A DNA stretch of 64,000 nt, from positions 14,880,001 through 14,944,000 of the forward strand of contig CM022671.1 in assembly GCA_012295275.1 (NCBI GenBank). The letters are read 5' to 3'. The notes below the pieces were generated by a model, which worked only from the letters and a program-made list of their open reading frames with translations, made no database searches and was not told where the DNA came from. This stretch comes from Chrysomallon squamiferum. Its lineage: Eukaryota > Animalia > Mollusca. Both the position numbers and the translations under genes were made by a program. Below, one piece after another: positions 41,944 through 56,495 of this stretch; within the stretch, counting starts at the first letter, position 1, and each line of letters opens with the position of its first letter.

Positions 41944-44274
41944 TATAAGATTTATGTTGTCGATTTTTAAAATATTATTCTATCTTTTCAAACATTTGAT
42001 TTGGTGCCTATCAGAATTGATGCCATTTATCATGTTCATGATATATGCTGATTTTTGTAACAAAGATTTTTGACTATCATGTCTTAAAACATGTCTTGCT
42101 AATGAACTTCTTACAGCAAAACAGTGTATAAATCTGTAGAGTTTGGGGGATGATTACATAATGTCAGATGAAAAGTTTGTGCTAAAACTGATATTTGCTT
42201 ATGGCAAAATATTCTAACAAGTTTCCAAACCTTTTACAACTCATTTCTCTTCTTTTTCTTTTTTTTTTCAATCCCATGTGGATTTATTTATTTTATTTTT
42301 TATTTCATTTTTTTTAATTGTGCTTGTTTGTTTCATTATATTAATACTTTAATCAATCAATAAAGTCAGTGCCATGCAAATTTAAGTTTTCTTTTGATAT
42401 TTCACTTTTTACTCAGACATTTTCCTGTTTATTAATGTCATCAATGAAGTCATTATTAAAAAATGTTCTTTCACAACAAAATTATTTATCATGTCAATAC
42501 AACAGTAAAAAGAAAAACTTGCTTCTGAAACTGACATGAAAATTATCTCTAACTTCTGAAAATACTGCTACATGTAACATTTTCGGATCTCATAGTTTTT
42601 GTTTCGTTATGAGCTACTCTACATACATAATCATAACAAGGTGAAAAAAAAAGAGTTGTTGTTTGTTCTTGACAATTTTAATCAAATCATTTTAAAAACT
42701 GCAGTGATTCCTTTTGAGAGAAAAATAACAAAATGATAATCTGTATAACTTATTTATTTGTAAGCAGATGAAAGACAAAAAACATCACAATTATCATATC
42801 AAAGAGACATGAAAATATTTTTAATAACTGTAATAATGAAAGAACTGATCAAATCATAAATCTTTATAATATTCATTCTTTAATGGCAAAAGAAATAAAT
42901 CCCTCTATGGCACTTGAGATGGGTATTCCAGAAACCATGCACACAGCTGACATTTCTTGATTATAAATGAAAAAGTAATGTTAAATACATTTACAAATGT
43001 ATCATTAAATGCAAAAGAAATGATGCAGTGACTAACAGCTAGCTCTCAGGAATTCTCTGCAAGCAGATATCAGTATCAAAAGTTCTACAAAATTATTTAG
43101 TAAATGAACCAGCATCAATGAAATATGAAATCACACAATTTTTTTTTTTTTTTTGTTTTTTTATGTTACGACATTTTACAAATTTTACAAATAAAAGAAA
43201 TGATAAAGAGTTTTAGTTCTTTTCTGTATATATGTTTAATAATCACTAACTATGACTACATATAAACGAGACAAAAATTTGAAAATGAAATGCAACTAAT
43301 TTTAATTGAACACTGCAAACAATTTGAATTATTTTCTCTTTTCATCAAATTTTATATATATACATATATTATGTACTTCTTGTGTAACTGGCAAATAAAG
43401 GCAGTTTTAATCAGTAATACAATAAATGAAATGCACAGAAGAAAAAACTAAAGTAATAAATTCAGCATCTATTAATGTTTTCTTGAGACAAGCAGTAAAA
43501 GTACAGTTATTCACTCACTCTCAAACATGCATGTGCATGCACACACTCGTACACACAATGAAAATGACATGTGCGTTCATGCTCATGTATTTACAAGTAT
43601 ATGCAAATCAAAAATTAATTTTAATAAAACAAATATCCAAATATGAAAGACACTGTATATTTTATGAGAGAAAATACCCCCAAAAACCAGTCTAAAATGT
43701 AAATTTTAACATGCTGAGATAATACTACACAATTATATGTTAAAAAATATTTCAGTTTTAAATAATAATTCTGCAAAATATATTGGTGAACAAGGCAAAA
43801 ACAAATAATATTATAAATATATATTTGAAATTAGATATATAACTTCATACAAATGTATCTAAGGTTAATACATTCTTTTTTCTGTTTATGTATAAATATA
43901 TTTTTCAATATTCTTTTCAATTTGACACTTTAGTCATGAAAAATACTACTAATATTACGTATGAGACAGTTTATGTTTTAAGGTAACTGAATTTTAATTC
44001 ACAACTGTGAACTCATAATGTAGGTCTCTACAATGTGCTTCTTGCATTCATCCTGAAAAGAAAAATCTAAAGTGAAATGAAAACATTTTGCAGTGTATAA
44101 GCTGCCGGCTTGCAGTGCAAGTTTTAACTGAGCTAGCAAACAGGTGTATATTTGAAATGTACAAATATAATCATCATTTTAAGATCTGTTTCGGTCCACT
44201 TCAGTGTTTTTAAGTATCTGTTTTTGTGCACAAACTGACTGAATACAGACATCCTTTTCACCTCAGAATTAACA

Positions 44275-45118
44275 TCATCCTAGAGGAGGAGCAGTCTGGA
44301 AAAATAAAAAGTATATTTATTTTACAGACTTTGACATTCGCTAAAAAACCACAACAATCCAGCAATTATTTGTCTGTTTCTCTTATCACGTTCTAACACA
44401 ATTTGTAAATATATATATATATATATATATATGCAACAATCCATAGAAATAAATATTTCTGTTTTTGCAAATCTGTTTTACAAAACTCAAATACTCACAA
44501 CAAAGAGATGTCCATTCTTGGCTTTTTTCACACTGTAAGTTGATCCCTTTGAAAACTGAATAAAGCCTTGTTTACCATTCTCCATGTCATGAATTATGCT
44601 GAAACAAATACACAGTTACCATCATCAGCACCATTTTAATAAATATTTTTTTTAAAAAAATCAATAAATACATATAAAAAAAAATCAACCAAAAAAACTT
44701 TTAAAAACAATTTTCATATGAGAGTTTTACTGTAATAATTACCTTCCATTAGTTGCTACCTTCACTACAGCACTTTTTCTGCCAGACATTACTATCTTAG
44801 TGATGGCTTCTATCACATAGTCACTCTGGAGAATCAAATCACCCTGGAAAATAAAAAAATTATTAAATTTTAATGCTGCACATACTAGTACAAACATATC
44901 TTTATATTTCATCCATGCAGTTTTGATTATATTAAGCAAACACTTAAAAACACATCCAGTTGAAGTGAAAAGCTACTGAGAATAATTTTGGAGTATTATG
45001 AACAGAGTCTAAAGATGCATGCAAAACTTAGATGCCAGCTGTCTTTGAAATTATATTTCCTTCATTCTTATTTAACAATACACTTGTGGCTATGGTTATT
45101 ATTAGTAACTGCCACTTG

Positions 45119-45159
<41 letters not shown>

Positions 45160-48100
45160 AGTAATTACCTTAGATCCATTTTCTGTGCCACATACAACTA
45201 TGACAAATAAACCATCTGTGAAGGCACTTGTCATAATCCCTGTGTAATAAAAACAAAGTATTAACTTGTCATAATCCCTGTATGATAAAAACATCAAGTA
45301 TTATCTTGTCATAATCCCTGTATGATAAAAACATGAAGAATTAACATGTCATAATCCCTGTGTAATAAAAATATCAAGTGTCAACTTGTCATAATCCCTC
45401 CTGTGATAAAAACATCAAGAATTAACTTGTCATAATCCCTGTATGATAAAAACATCAAGTATTGTCTTGTCATAATCCATGATAAAAACATGAAATATTA
45501 ACATGTCATAATCACTGTATGATAAAAACATCAAGTATCAACTTGTCATAATCCCTGTATGATAAAAACATCAAGTATTATCTTGTCATAATCCATGTGT
45601 GATAAAAACATCAAGTATTAACTTGTCATAATCCCTGGATGATAAAAACATCAAGTATTATCTTGTCATAATCCATGTGTGTAATAAAAACATCAAGTAT
45701 CAACTTGTCATAATCCCTGTGTGATAAAAACATCAAATATCAACTTGTCATAATCCCTGTGTGATAAAAACATCAAATATTAACTTGTCATAATCCCTGT
45801 ATGATAAAAACATCAAGTATTATCTTGTCATAATCCCTGTATGATAAAAACATCAAGTATTAATATGTCATAATCCCTGTATGATAAAAACATCAAGTAT
45901 CAACTTGTCATAATCCCTGTGTGATAAAAACATCAAGTATTAACTTGTCATAATCCCTGTATGATAAAAACATCAAGTATTAACATGTCATAATCACTGT
46001 ATGATAAAAACATCAAGTATTGTCTTGTCATAATCCCTGTATGATAAAAACATCAAATATCAACTTGTCATAATACCTGTGTGATAAAAACATCAAGTAT
46101 TAACTTGTCATAATCCATGTGTGATAAAAACATCAAGTATTAACATGTCATAATCCCTATATGATAAAAACATCAAGTATTATCTTGTCATAATCCCTGT
46201 ATGATAAAAACATGAAATATTAACATGTCATAATCACTGTATGATAAAAACATCAAGTATCAACTTGTCATAATCCCTGTATGATAAAAACATCAAGTAT
46301 TAACTTGTCATAATCCCTGGATGATAAAAACGTCAAGTATTATCTTGTCATAATCCCTGTGTGATAAAAACATCAAGTATCAACTTGTCATAATCCCTGT
46401 GTGATAAAAACATCAAGTATCAACTTGTCATAAATCCCTGTATGATAAAAAGACATCAAGTATTATCTTGTCATAATCCCTGGATGATAAAAACATCAAG
46501 TATTATCTTGTCATAATCCCTGGATGATAAAAACATCAAGTATTATCTTGACATAATCCCTGGATGATAAAAACATCAAGTATTAACATGTCATAATCCC
46601 TGGATGATAAAAACATCAAGTATTATCTTGTCATAATCCCTGGATGATAAAAACATCAAGTATTAATTTGTCATAATCCCTGCATGATAAATACATCAAG
46701 TATTATCTTGTCATAACCCTTGCTTCAAAATAGTAGATGAAAAAATATTCCAGTTCAAAGTTTCAAATTGATAGAAATATAGTAGTATAGATATAATGCA
46801 ACAGTACTGATAGAACATGTAACAGTATGGAATAAAATATAATAGTATGGATATAATGTGTAACAGTATGGATGTAATGTAACAAGATGGATATAACATA
46901 TATAAGTTTGGATATAATGTAACAGGATGGACAGAAAATGTAACAGACAGAACACTATGGATAGAAGAATATAACAGAATGTAACAGGATGGATAGAACA
47001 TGTAACAGTATGAACAGAACATGTAATAGATAAAACATGCAACAGTAGTGTAGACAGAATAAAACAGAATGGACTGAACACACAATAATGTAGATACATA
47101 ACAGTGTTATTTAATTCAGATAATAACAGCAGTAATAACCTCTTAACTCACCTGATAGCAGCAAATAAGGAACTTTGTCTTTCACTTTGAAAATCTTTTT
47201 CATTCAGTAGGTAAACATTTTTGTCAGTCACAATCATCACTCGATTTCTGGCCTTGTAACCATGGCGATCATACTTAATAACAGCACTACAGTACTATAA
47301 AATAAGAGACAAACTCAGTTTGATGACTTTTAAAAAATATATATATATTAATTGGCTGAGATAAAATAAAAATGATGAGTGTGTTACTTGACGATCCTAT
47401 TTCAGATTTGTGATTTTAAATTCATTTTATAAGCAAAACAAATTCAAAATAACAGATAATGTTCACAAAACAATATTTTTTACATATGTTACTTCTGGAT
47501 ATACAGTTCTGAAGCTGTTTCAATATTTCTGAATTTAAATATTTGAAATTAACTCAGTCCTCTTTTTTCCATTTATGTTCTTTCTTTTTTTTTAAAATAA
47601 TAATAAAAATAATTAAAATTATATTAAAATATACAGAACTCCTGTAATAAATATTTAAATTTTGAAACGGACTGTTTAAAACAAGTCTTAATCTCAAATC
47701 ATTTTTTTTTATTTTTTTTTTATTTCTCAGAACTGTAAAACATTAGTTACAAAGAGTGAGGCATTACAAATATGTATTTAATTGATCCAGAATTTTTTTT
47801 TTTTTTTTTTTTATTAAATACAACTTAATTATCACATATATTGTTAAAGTTTAAATAAAAAATAAAAACCACAAATTTTCATTATGACATATGACATATA
47901 TGTAGATAAATAAATGCATATACATACATATATATATATATATATATACATACAGACAAACATATACATGTATGTAAATAAATGCATATACAAATGTATG
48001 TATGTGCCTATGTGTTTTTTTGATTAAATTGTTGATTAAATACAAACTAATTATTACACATGGTGCTAACGTGTAAACAAATAAAAACATCAAATACCTG

Positions 48101-48304
48101 AACTCGTTCACCAGGTTCTTTCACCATTTTCTCAAACACGTTGTTCCGCAGCGCCTCATGATGGGAAGCTGAGTGAAAATACATTTCTCTTTAGGTCATC
48201 AAGTTCAGTGATTATAAATGTTCATGATAATAAATTACCATAATTAATGTTTTATTACTTGTTTAAATTAAATATTCAAGAACTGTTTAATATGATTGTT
48301 ACTA

Positions 48305-48337
<33 letters not shown>

Positions 48338-51300
48338 TGTTGTCATTATATAACATATTATCATAATCTGTTATGATTTAAAATTTTAGAATGATATCAG
48401 ATTAAATTATTTCAAAATAACTTCATAATACTAATTAATTTTCAAAAAGAAACGGTTTCATTTAGATTTTTTTTTTTAGCTTGAAAAAAACATAACTATT
48501 TAAAAATGTTACCAAGTCGATTGTCAACAAATGGATCTTTAATGCTGAATTTGTACAATTCCTTTTTTCCTTTGAAGAGAGTTTCAGCTATGACCTTTTG
48601 CTGAAACTACAAACACACATCAGTCGTTAAAAACACAAGAATTTCTTAGCCTTCCACTACTCTTATCATCACAAACCATATCGCTATCTAAATATTCTTG
48701 GACTTTATAGGAATACATCAATATCATGTTATTTACATTTTATAACTGACTGTGATTAGAGTTTGCCTTTTCTTATCTCCAGCTTATTGTTTTTAATGGT
48801 TCAAATATCAGCAACTGAAAATATATTTTACCCAATTCATCAAAAACATCTAAAACCAAAGAATAAGTAATCTTAATTTGACACTGTGTGTAAAGTTTTA
48901 GATATTATTCAATACAAATATAATTTTAATTTTTAGAGAAGAGAGACCACAAATACATTAACTCTGCTAAATGGTTTGTTAATACAAAATTTTAAACAAT
49001 CAAAAATTACCTGTCGTTTTCTCTCAGGTGTGATATTTTTACATATTTCAGCGTCAGGTTCTTAAAACACAACTTTTGTAGAAGCTGGGATGTCTGCAAA
49101 CAAATGTATTCTAAAACCTTTATTCATATTTGATTATTCTGCATTCATGTAGTTAGATATTTTTCCAAAACAATATTCCAATTTGATAGAAAGTATTGAG
49201 TAAAAGATATTCTAGTATAAAAGAAGTAGCTTTTATTAAAATTCCACTTTGTTATTTGCAAATCAATGTTTTGGGCTTATAACAGGGTTTTTTTCATTTA
49301 TCAATTATTATTATTATTTTTTTTTTTTAAATATTTTATTTTAATAATCTTACAGAAAAAGTTAAGGTATATTTGGAAACCTTTTTAATTTAATATGACA
49401 CAGGAATAAAAATGTGTATTTCTATTAATCACCTCTTGGAGAATTTCTGGAGCCTGAAGCCATCTCTTGTCAAGGACATTTCTCGGAAGACATTTGCAAA
49501 GTCTTCTGATATAATTAACCTTTGAGTATCTGATGAATTTTCTGTTTATATCACATTCTGGCATCTTACGACATATAAAGCCCTTGATAAATCTAAAGAA
49601 GCAATAATGGAAATACAGAAAAATGAATAAGGAAATAAAAATAATAATAATGGAAATGAAAAAAGAATAATGGAAACACAGGAAAAATAAAAGAAATAAA
49701 AATGATAATGGAAATAAAGAAAAATGAATAGAAATAAATTAAAGAAAGATTCAGACTGATGAATTAATGAAAAAATAATTAAATGGTAAAAACAAAAAAC
49801 AAAGAGGTTTATTCATTCTAATTCTATATCAAAAACCTATACCCTTAAAAATTACTTTATCAGCTGGATGTTTTCAATTATTTACAAAATAATTAAGAAA
49901 TAAACTTGATATTAAAATGCACTTGCACAGTAACAGGATTAAACCATTAAAGATTTTCACTTTTTAAAATAATAACCATGTGTCATTAACTATTACAAAA
50001 GATTTTGGGGTTTTTTGTACATTTTATACATGAACTTTAGAAAACTGGTCAGTTCTATTTTTGTAAAACTTTACAAATGTATCTATGATATTATGTTTGT
50101 CACAGTTGTTTTTTTCAAAGTTCTGTTACCTTCTGACACATAAAACAGCATTTCTTCTTCTTTCCATCACTTTCTGAGCTAGCAGTCTGCGAACGTAACG
50201 CTGCAGCACAATGACTAGAGAAAAAAAACATTACAAACATAAAAACAACAATTTTTAAAATACTACAAATAATGTAAATATTTTCATTTTTATTTCAGTA
50301 TCTTTTATTTGCAACTAATCAGTATGCAGAAAACAACACAACTTTCATTTTATTGCTATTTTTTTAATATTAAGACTTTTAATTAATTAATTTAATTTGT
50401 GTGTTATTATTATTAATTTTTTTAAATGAATAATTATTGAAAATCTACTCACCACTTGCTTTTAGCTCCAAATATCTGTTCCTCTGTTTATAACCTTTGT
50501 AGCGAGCCTTAATCAAAGTCGCTGGGGAAAAAAAAAAAAAAAACATCATCTGAAATTTTACTTATATATATATATATTAAAATGATTGGAAACTTTCCAA
50601 AACCAAACAATTAGTCTCTGTGTTTAACAATATATATAATTTTCAAAGACAGCCAGTGATCACAAGTTTTAAAACAATAAAACAGCTTGAACAGAAATAA
50701 CATTTTATTAACAATCAGAAATTTTCATTATCCAAATATTATTGAAACTGCTACTCTTTTTAGAATTGAATATTTTAGCACAGTTCAGAAATTATGTTTC
50801 TAAGTATTTTTTTTTGCTCGTATTATTTGCTATACCTAGATCATGTTTCTTCAGCTGGAAGGAGTCTTCTGTTGCAAACAACACACGTGGAAATCGTATG
50901 AACAGTTTAGTCCTAAAAATAAAAGATTTTCATATAAATAGTGATTTTTTTTGCATTGTTTAATGTTTTTCGATAGATATTTTTTCATCTTAATTTATAC
51001 ATAATGAAAATCCATCAAAGACAGAAAAGTATGATTATCTGATGCTTGCACCATTGACTGCTGACTGGAGGGATGACAAATGATCCACTGATAATTCAGC
51101 ACAATAGATAAACAGCATAACACAAAATTATTTAAAAATACAACAATTATTATTTTAAACACACACACACACACAGAATAAAAGAAAGCAAATATTTTAA
51201 AATATCTAATCTCATAGACCTGCTAATTATATTTTACTTAAACAAACAAAGAGAAAACTACTTTTCTTGAACAGTGAGCAAAAAAAAAAAACATAAGAGA

Positions 51301-52374
51301 AACAATGCAGGATTGTCACATTAAATAGCCAAGAAATTTTTCATCTTTTTAGCTTCAACAATATAGAGTATCAAGTGTTTTTCTGTTTGAAAATTAATAT
51401 TTTATGAAGTGAAATTCTCAATTTTTTTATGATGTGACAAATTTCGGTCATTGATGACAAAGACACACACTCATTACTGTTTCAGTTTTAGAAAATACAC
51501 ATGTGTGAATAAACAAAAATATTTTGTTACACAGGTACCAGTCCATTTATCTGTCTCGCTTGGAAGAAGGAGCTGATCTGGATTTCTGGATAAAGGCCAA
51601 ATCTTTATTAAAAATTTAAATTAAACAATGAAAAAATAAAGAATGAAACTGTATTCAATAGATACAAATGAATACTCTTCTAAAGCAGTGTCTGACTGAT
51701 TTTGATTAATTCACTTAAAATTCTTAAAACGCCTGTATTCCTTTAAAATACACATTTCACAAGCAAATCGTGTATCTGCTTGTAAACATGATAATAAATG
51801 AAAATGAGACTAAACTGAAACAAATAAAAATTTGCATTGTGCAAACAAAATAGCATTTAATTCACAAAGAGCCAGTCTAAAAAATATGTGAGCCAGACAA
51901 ATGGACTGGTGCCTGTATACAATATACTTACTTTCCCATTCTGTAATCGTTTTCACCATAATTCAGAAATTTAACAAGAGCTTCAACTCCATCCTTGGGT
52001 GACCCGTCAAAATGAGGCCAAGTTTCTGGACACAGGCTTTTATACCTGAAACAATCAAATCTGATGATGAGTTTCAAGTGTAAGTAAAGAAAAATGTCCT
52101 AAAGGATCATAATTCAGGAAAGGTTTGGTAAAATGATATTTTATATCTAAGAATGTTTCAGTTACATACACAAGACATCTATCACCAAATTATTAAGTTC
52201 TGTTAAAGATGCCTGTATTCAGATTTATGGTGAAGTTCAGTTTCAAGGCCTGTATATAACAAAAAGGATATACATATATATATATATATACTTTTTGTTA
52301 TATACACACACTTATATCTATATATATATATACACACACACCCACACCCCTATATTGTTATGTATATGCCTTGA

Positions 52375-52413
<39 letters not shown>

Positions 52414-53129
52414 TTTTAAATTTTATGTTCACCTTTTGAGGAATACGTGATATGGTCTGCGATAAGCAAAACCTGCTCGTCGAACTCGAAGATTTTCCAT
52501 CAGACCGAGATACTTTACTTGATGGCTAACAATTTTGTCATCAAAGAAGGCTGAAACATATAAAATACCATTTTTATTTCTTTCACTATAGTCATTCAAT
52601 AATATTAACATTCATTTTCAAGTTATTATAATGAAATAAATTAAATAATTAAATATGAAGACTAGTTCCTGTCATTTTTGAGATAAAAACAAACTTAGTT
52701 TCATATTAAAAACAAAAATTAAGACATTAAATTTTTTTAATATTTCTACCTTGAAGTTAGTATTAGTAGATGTTTATTATTTACTTTGTGAACTATTTTA
52801 GAGCCTGTTAGTATATAAAAATAACTAGTTAAAACTAATTAATATTCATTTCAACCTGGTCTCTTGAAATCATTTGGCTTGATGCAACGAACGTAAGATG
52901 GCTCCTTGGACATCAGGATTTCCATCAGTTTGGATAAGCTATTTTTGAACTGAGTTGCTGCCTGGGTGGTGTGTGGAAATAAAAATAATTTTGTTAATTT
53001 ATTTATTGTGACAGAACAGTAACAACCAAAGAAATATATATATGGTGTGTGTGTGTATGTTCATATATGTATTTGTGTGCATGTGTACATATATGTATTT
53101 GTGTGTGTGTGTGTGTGTATGTACATATA

Positions 53130-53184
<55 letters not shown>

Positions 53185-53393
53185 AATAGGCATCCAGAAA
53201 CATCTAAAAATACTGATTGAGAGTAACATTTACATATCAGCTCAGTTTCAGTTCTTTAGCCTTAATTATCTCTTAACTAACTTTGTTTAAATTACATACA
53301 TACATACATTTTTATATATACATGTAAGTATTCATACACACACACACACATATATATACATTCAGATGTACACACACACACATGCACACTTAT

Positions 53394-53445
<52 letters not shown>

Positions 53446-54920
53446 TCTCAGTTATAAATTAATGCTCTTGCTCATTTCCACTGTTTTAGCTAAAGCATGG
53501 AAACTAAATGCTGTTATCTCTCAGCAGTGTTGTAAACTCACAGTGTCAGGTCTTTTTTTGCTCATCAGTTCGTCCTTTGGGAAACACTGAGACGTGATGA
53601 CATTGCTGGTTTCACTCATTGCCTGGAACAGACAACAACCTTGTTAATACATTAACTTGTGTATAAAAACTTAAAACAGAGAACTGTTCTTCTGTTTTTA
53701 TCTCATCTTGTTTGTCTAAGAGTGACAGAAATGTTTTATCATATTATTGTAATAAATCATAATAATATTATAAATCATTTCAGGCAGTTGTTTGACAAAC
53801 AGGTTCAAATAAAAACAGAACGGCAGTTTCTACTTTAAGTTTTATTGTTGAATTCTTTGTATAAAAATAAATTACTGAACTTATCCACGTATTATTCATA
53901 ACTGTTTTCAAAGATTACTGTCTGCCTGCTTTTTATGGCAGTAACTCTAAATGGTTATTTTGGTTTTTGTCACAGTTTATAACAACTTTTTTTTTTCAAC
54001 AATTTAAAAAATAATAGTAATGAAGAAAATACAAAGAAAAAAGCTGAAAATAAAAATATGTGAAGAAAACTACAGATTATTTGTAAATATTAGGTTTTAG
54101 TAAGTTATACACAAGCTAAAATTTTGAAAAGCTGTTTTCTCTTGTCAGCAGTCCAATAAGAAAAGAGTTAAACAGATTTCCTCCCTTTGTTTACCTTTTT
54201 GAGATCTCTGTAGAGCAGATCATTGTTTTTATCAAGGAAACCTTTCACACAGTATGTAACATCTCCTGCATAGTGGATCAAACGGAATTCCTGAAATCAA
54301 ATGTAAAGAGATGGAAATAATATCTACATTATCTGTTATTTCTGAGTCATTTTGTTTGAAATATGAATCAGCTGGAAACATGAACAAGTCTCCTCCTGTG
54401 AAATGATTAATTATTTATTATTTATTTATAGACTTACAGGAAAAGTTATTTTGCATGAAATATATTTATCACATAATTTTATTTGATCTTTCAGAGAGGA
54501 AACCCTTTACTGGCATAGTTTTGGTTACTTTTAATAATTACATGACATATCACAGCCTAAGAATTTATATCAGCAAGTTCATGGATGACAACAGTTTTGG
54601 ATTTACTCATAACAGTTAGACTTGTATATTCATGGTCTTTACATCATCCATACTGGACACTGCTGGAAATGGTTCTTAAATTTCTTAAACGTATCTTTAC
54701 TTACAACAGGATATTTAAAAGAAGAATATTAAACTTCTTACATCTCTATGGATTGTCTTGCGAGTGATTTTGTATTAGTTGCCTGGTAACTGACAAAATG
54801 TGGATGTTTACCAATTGTCTGTGCAAGTTTCTCAAGGAATGTTTGGTCTGTTGTTTCACCTGGTCGCAGACACTCTTCATCCTGGACAAATTTTTATGTC
54901 ATTTATCAAGTAACAGTTTG

Positions 54921-54962
<42 letters not shown>

Positions 54963-56464
54963 ATGTGTGTGTGTGAGTGTGTGAGTGTGTGTGTGTGTGT
55001 GTGATGTTTATTTATTATTCTTTATTTATTTAAATTGTGTGATTAACAAATTTCTTCAGTGATTGATAGGTTGGCTGAACAGTTAAAATGATAATTTAAA
55101 TTTCTACAATTCACAGATGTATTTAGATAAAACGTAGTGAATTTCAGTATAATTGGAAATTTAATGTTTGTTTCTAGAACTGTGTAAATTAATTTCACAG
55201 ACCATTATGGCTATGATCCCAATTGGCTTTCCCTCAACTAGATCACAGATAATCTTGTTGTTGAAAAATTGCACATGTTCCCACTGAAAGATAAACAATG
55301 TCATACATTAATGAAAGCATCAAAATATTTCAAACACAAATTAATTCAATAATTTACCAAAATAAATTAATTTATTAATGTTACATTGCAGAATATTACT
55401 TGAATCGTTCTATATCATTTCCAAATACTTTATATAAATTATTTTATTTTAAATAAATAAACTGTTAGATACAAAAAGAAAGCTGGTGTAACCTTGATTC
55501 CTTCCCGCTTGTACTCCTCCTGTTCTGACTTCAGCGTCAGCTCAATGAACACCTGCTGCAACTTCTCATTGCAGTAGTTTATACAGAACTGTTCAAAACT
55601 GGAACAAACAAACCTTCAGCTTTTATTTACATCACTTTAACATTTTCTGATAGAAATCAGTATCACATTACAGTAATGAGTTGTGTTCTAAAAATAATTT
55701 TTTAAATTGGTATTTGTTGTTTAATTACTTGTGAATTATTATCTAATTTCAATTTTTTTTTTTTTTATTATTATTATAATTTTTTTTGGTAAATATATTA
55801 TGAAGCTCTCACCTGTTTACACCAGATATTTCAAATCCGTATATATCTAACAATCCCATTAAAGTACATTTACTTCTACCCTGAAAAAGTAAAAAAAAAA
55901 AAAAAAAATTAAAATTAAGTCTGAGAATAGTAATTTAATACCTATGGCATATTGATGATGTAACATGTAGAAACAATATAATTTAAAGTTATACATGGCA
56001 AACTATTTTCAGCTTTTTAAAATAAAATCAAAACATATATTATAATTTATAAACATGATAAATGATGGCTTTCATATACAAACTATTGTTGTCAGTTAGT
56101 TTGTAATTAGGATCATGAAATCTTAGTCTTTGCAAAATTTTCAGAATATATTTGCTCCTTACTATTTTCTGGTTTATATTAAACTGAAAAAAATAAAATT
56201 AACAGACCCATCAGTAAATTAACAGACCCTTAAGTAAGAATACACAGACTTGCAGTTCAGGTCTAAAAGTAACACTAGTGTTATACTGTTCCTGTGTAAC
56301 AACAAAAGTAGTAAAATGATGTCATCCATGAAACTGCACAATAACAGAGTTTTACTGCTGCCCTATTTTATTAGCAGAGACCGGCTTCTAGGTACAAACA
56401 CAGCAGTAAAACTGAAGTACAGTCTATCTAAGCAATATGTCCTTGTATCATAGGCACTCTTTGA

Positions 56465-56495
<31 letters not shown>

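Noticed and set aside
45227-46716. CRISPR-like appearance of the regular 40-bp array
   Set aside because: Units are head-to-tail with no unique spacers, there are no cas genes, and the context is a eukaryotic intron; the unit derives from the adjacent splice junction.
46711-47099. 124-aa and 114-aa Tyr/Cys/Ile-rich ORFs
   Set aside because: Open only because of a stop-poor minisatellite; no recognisable domain.
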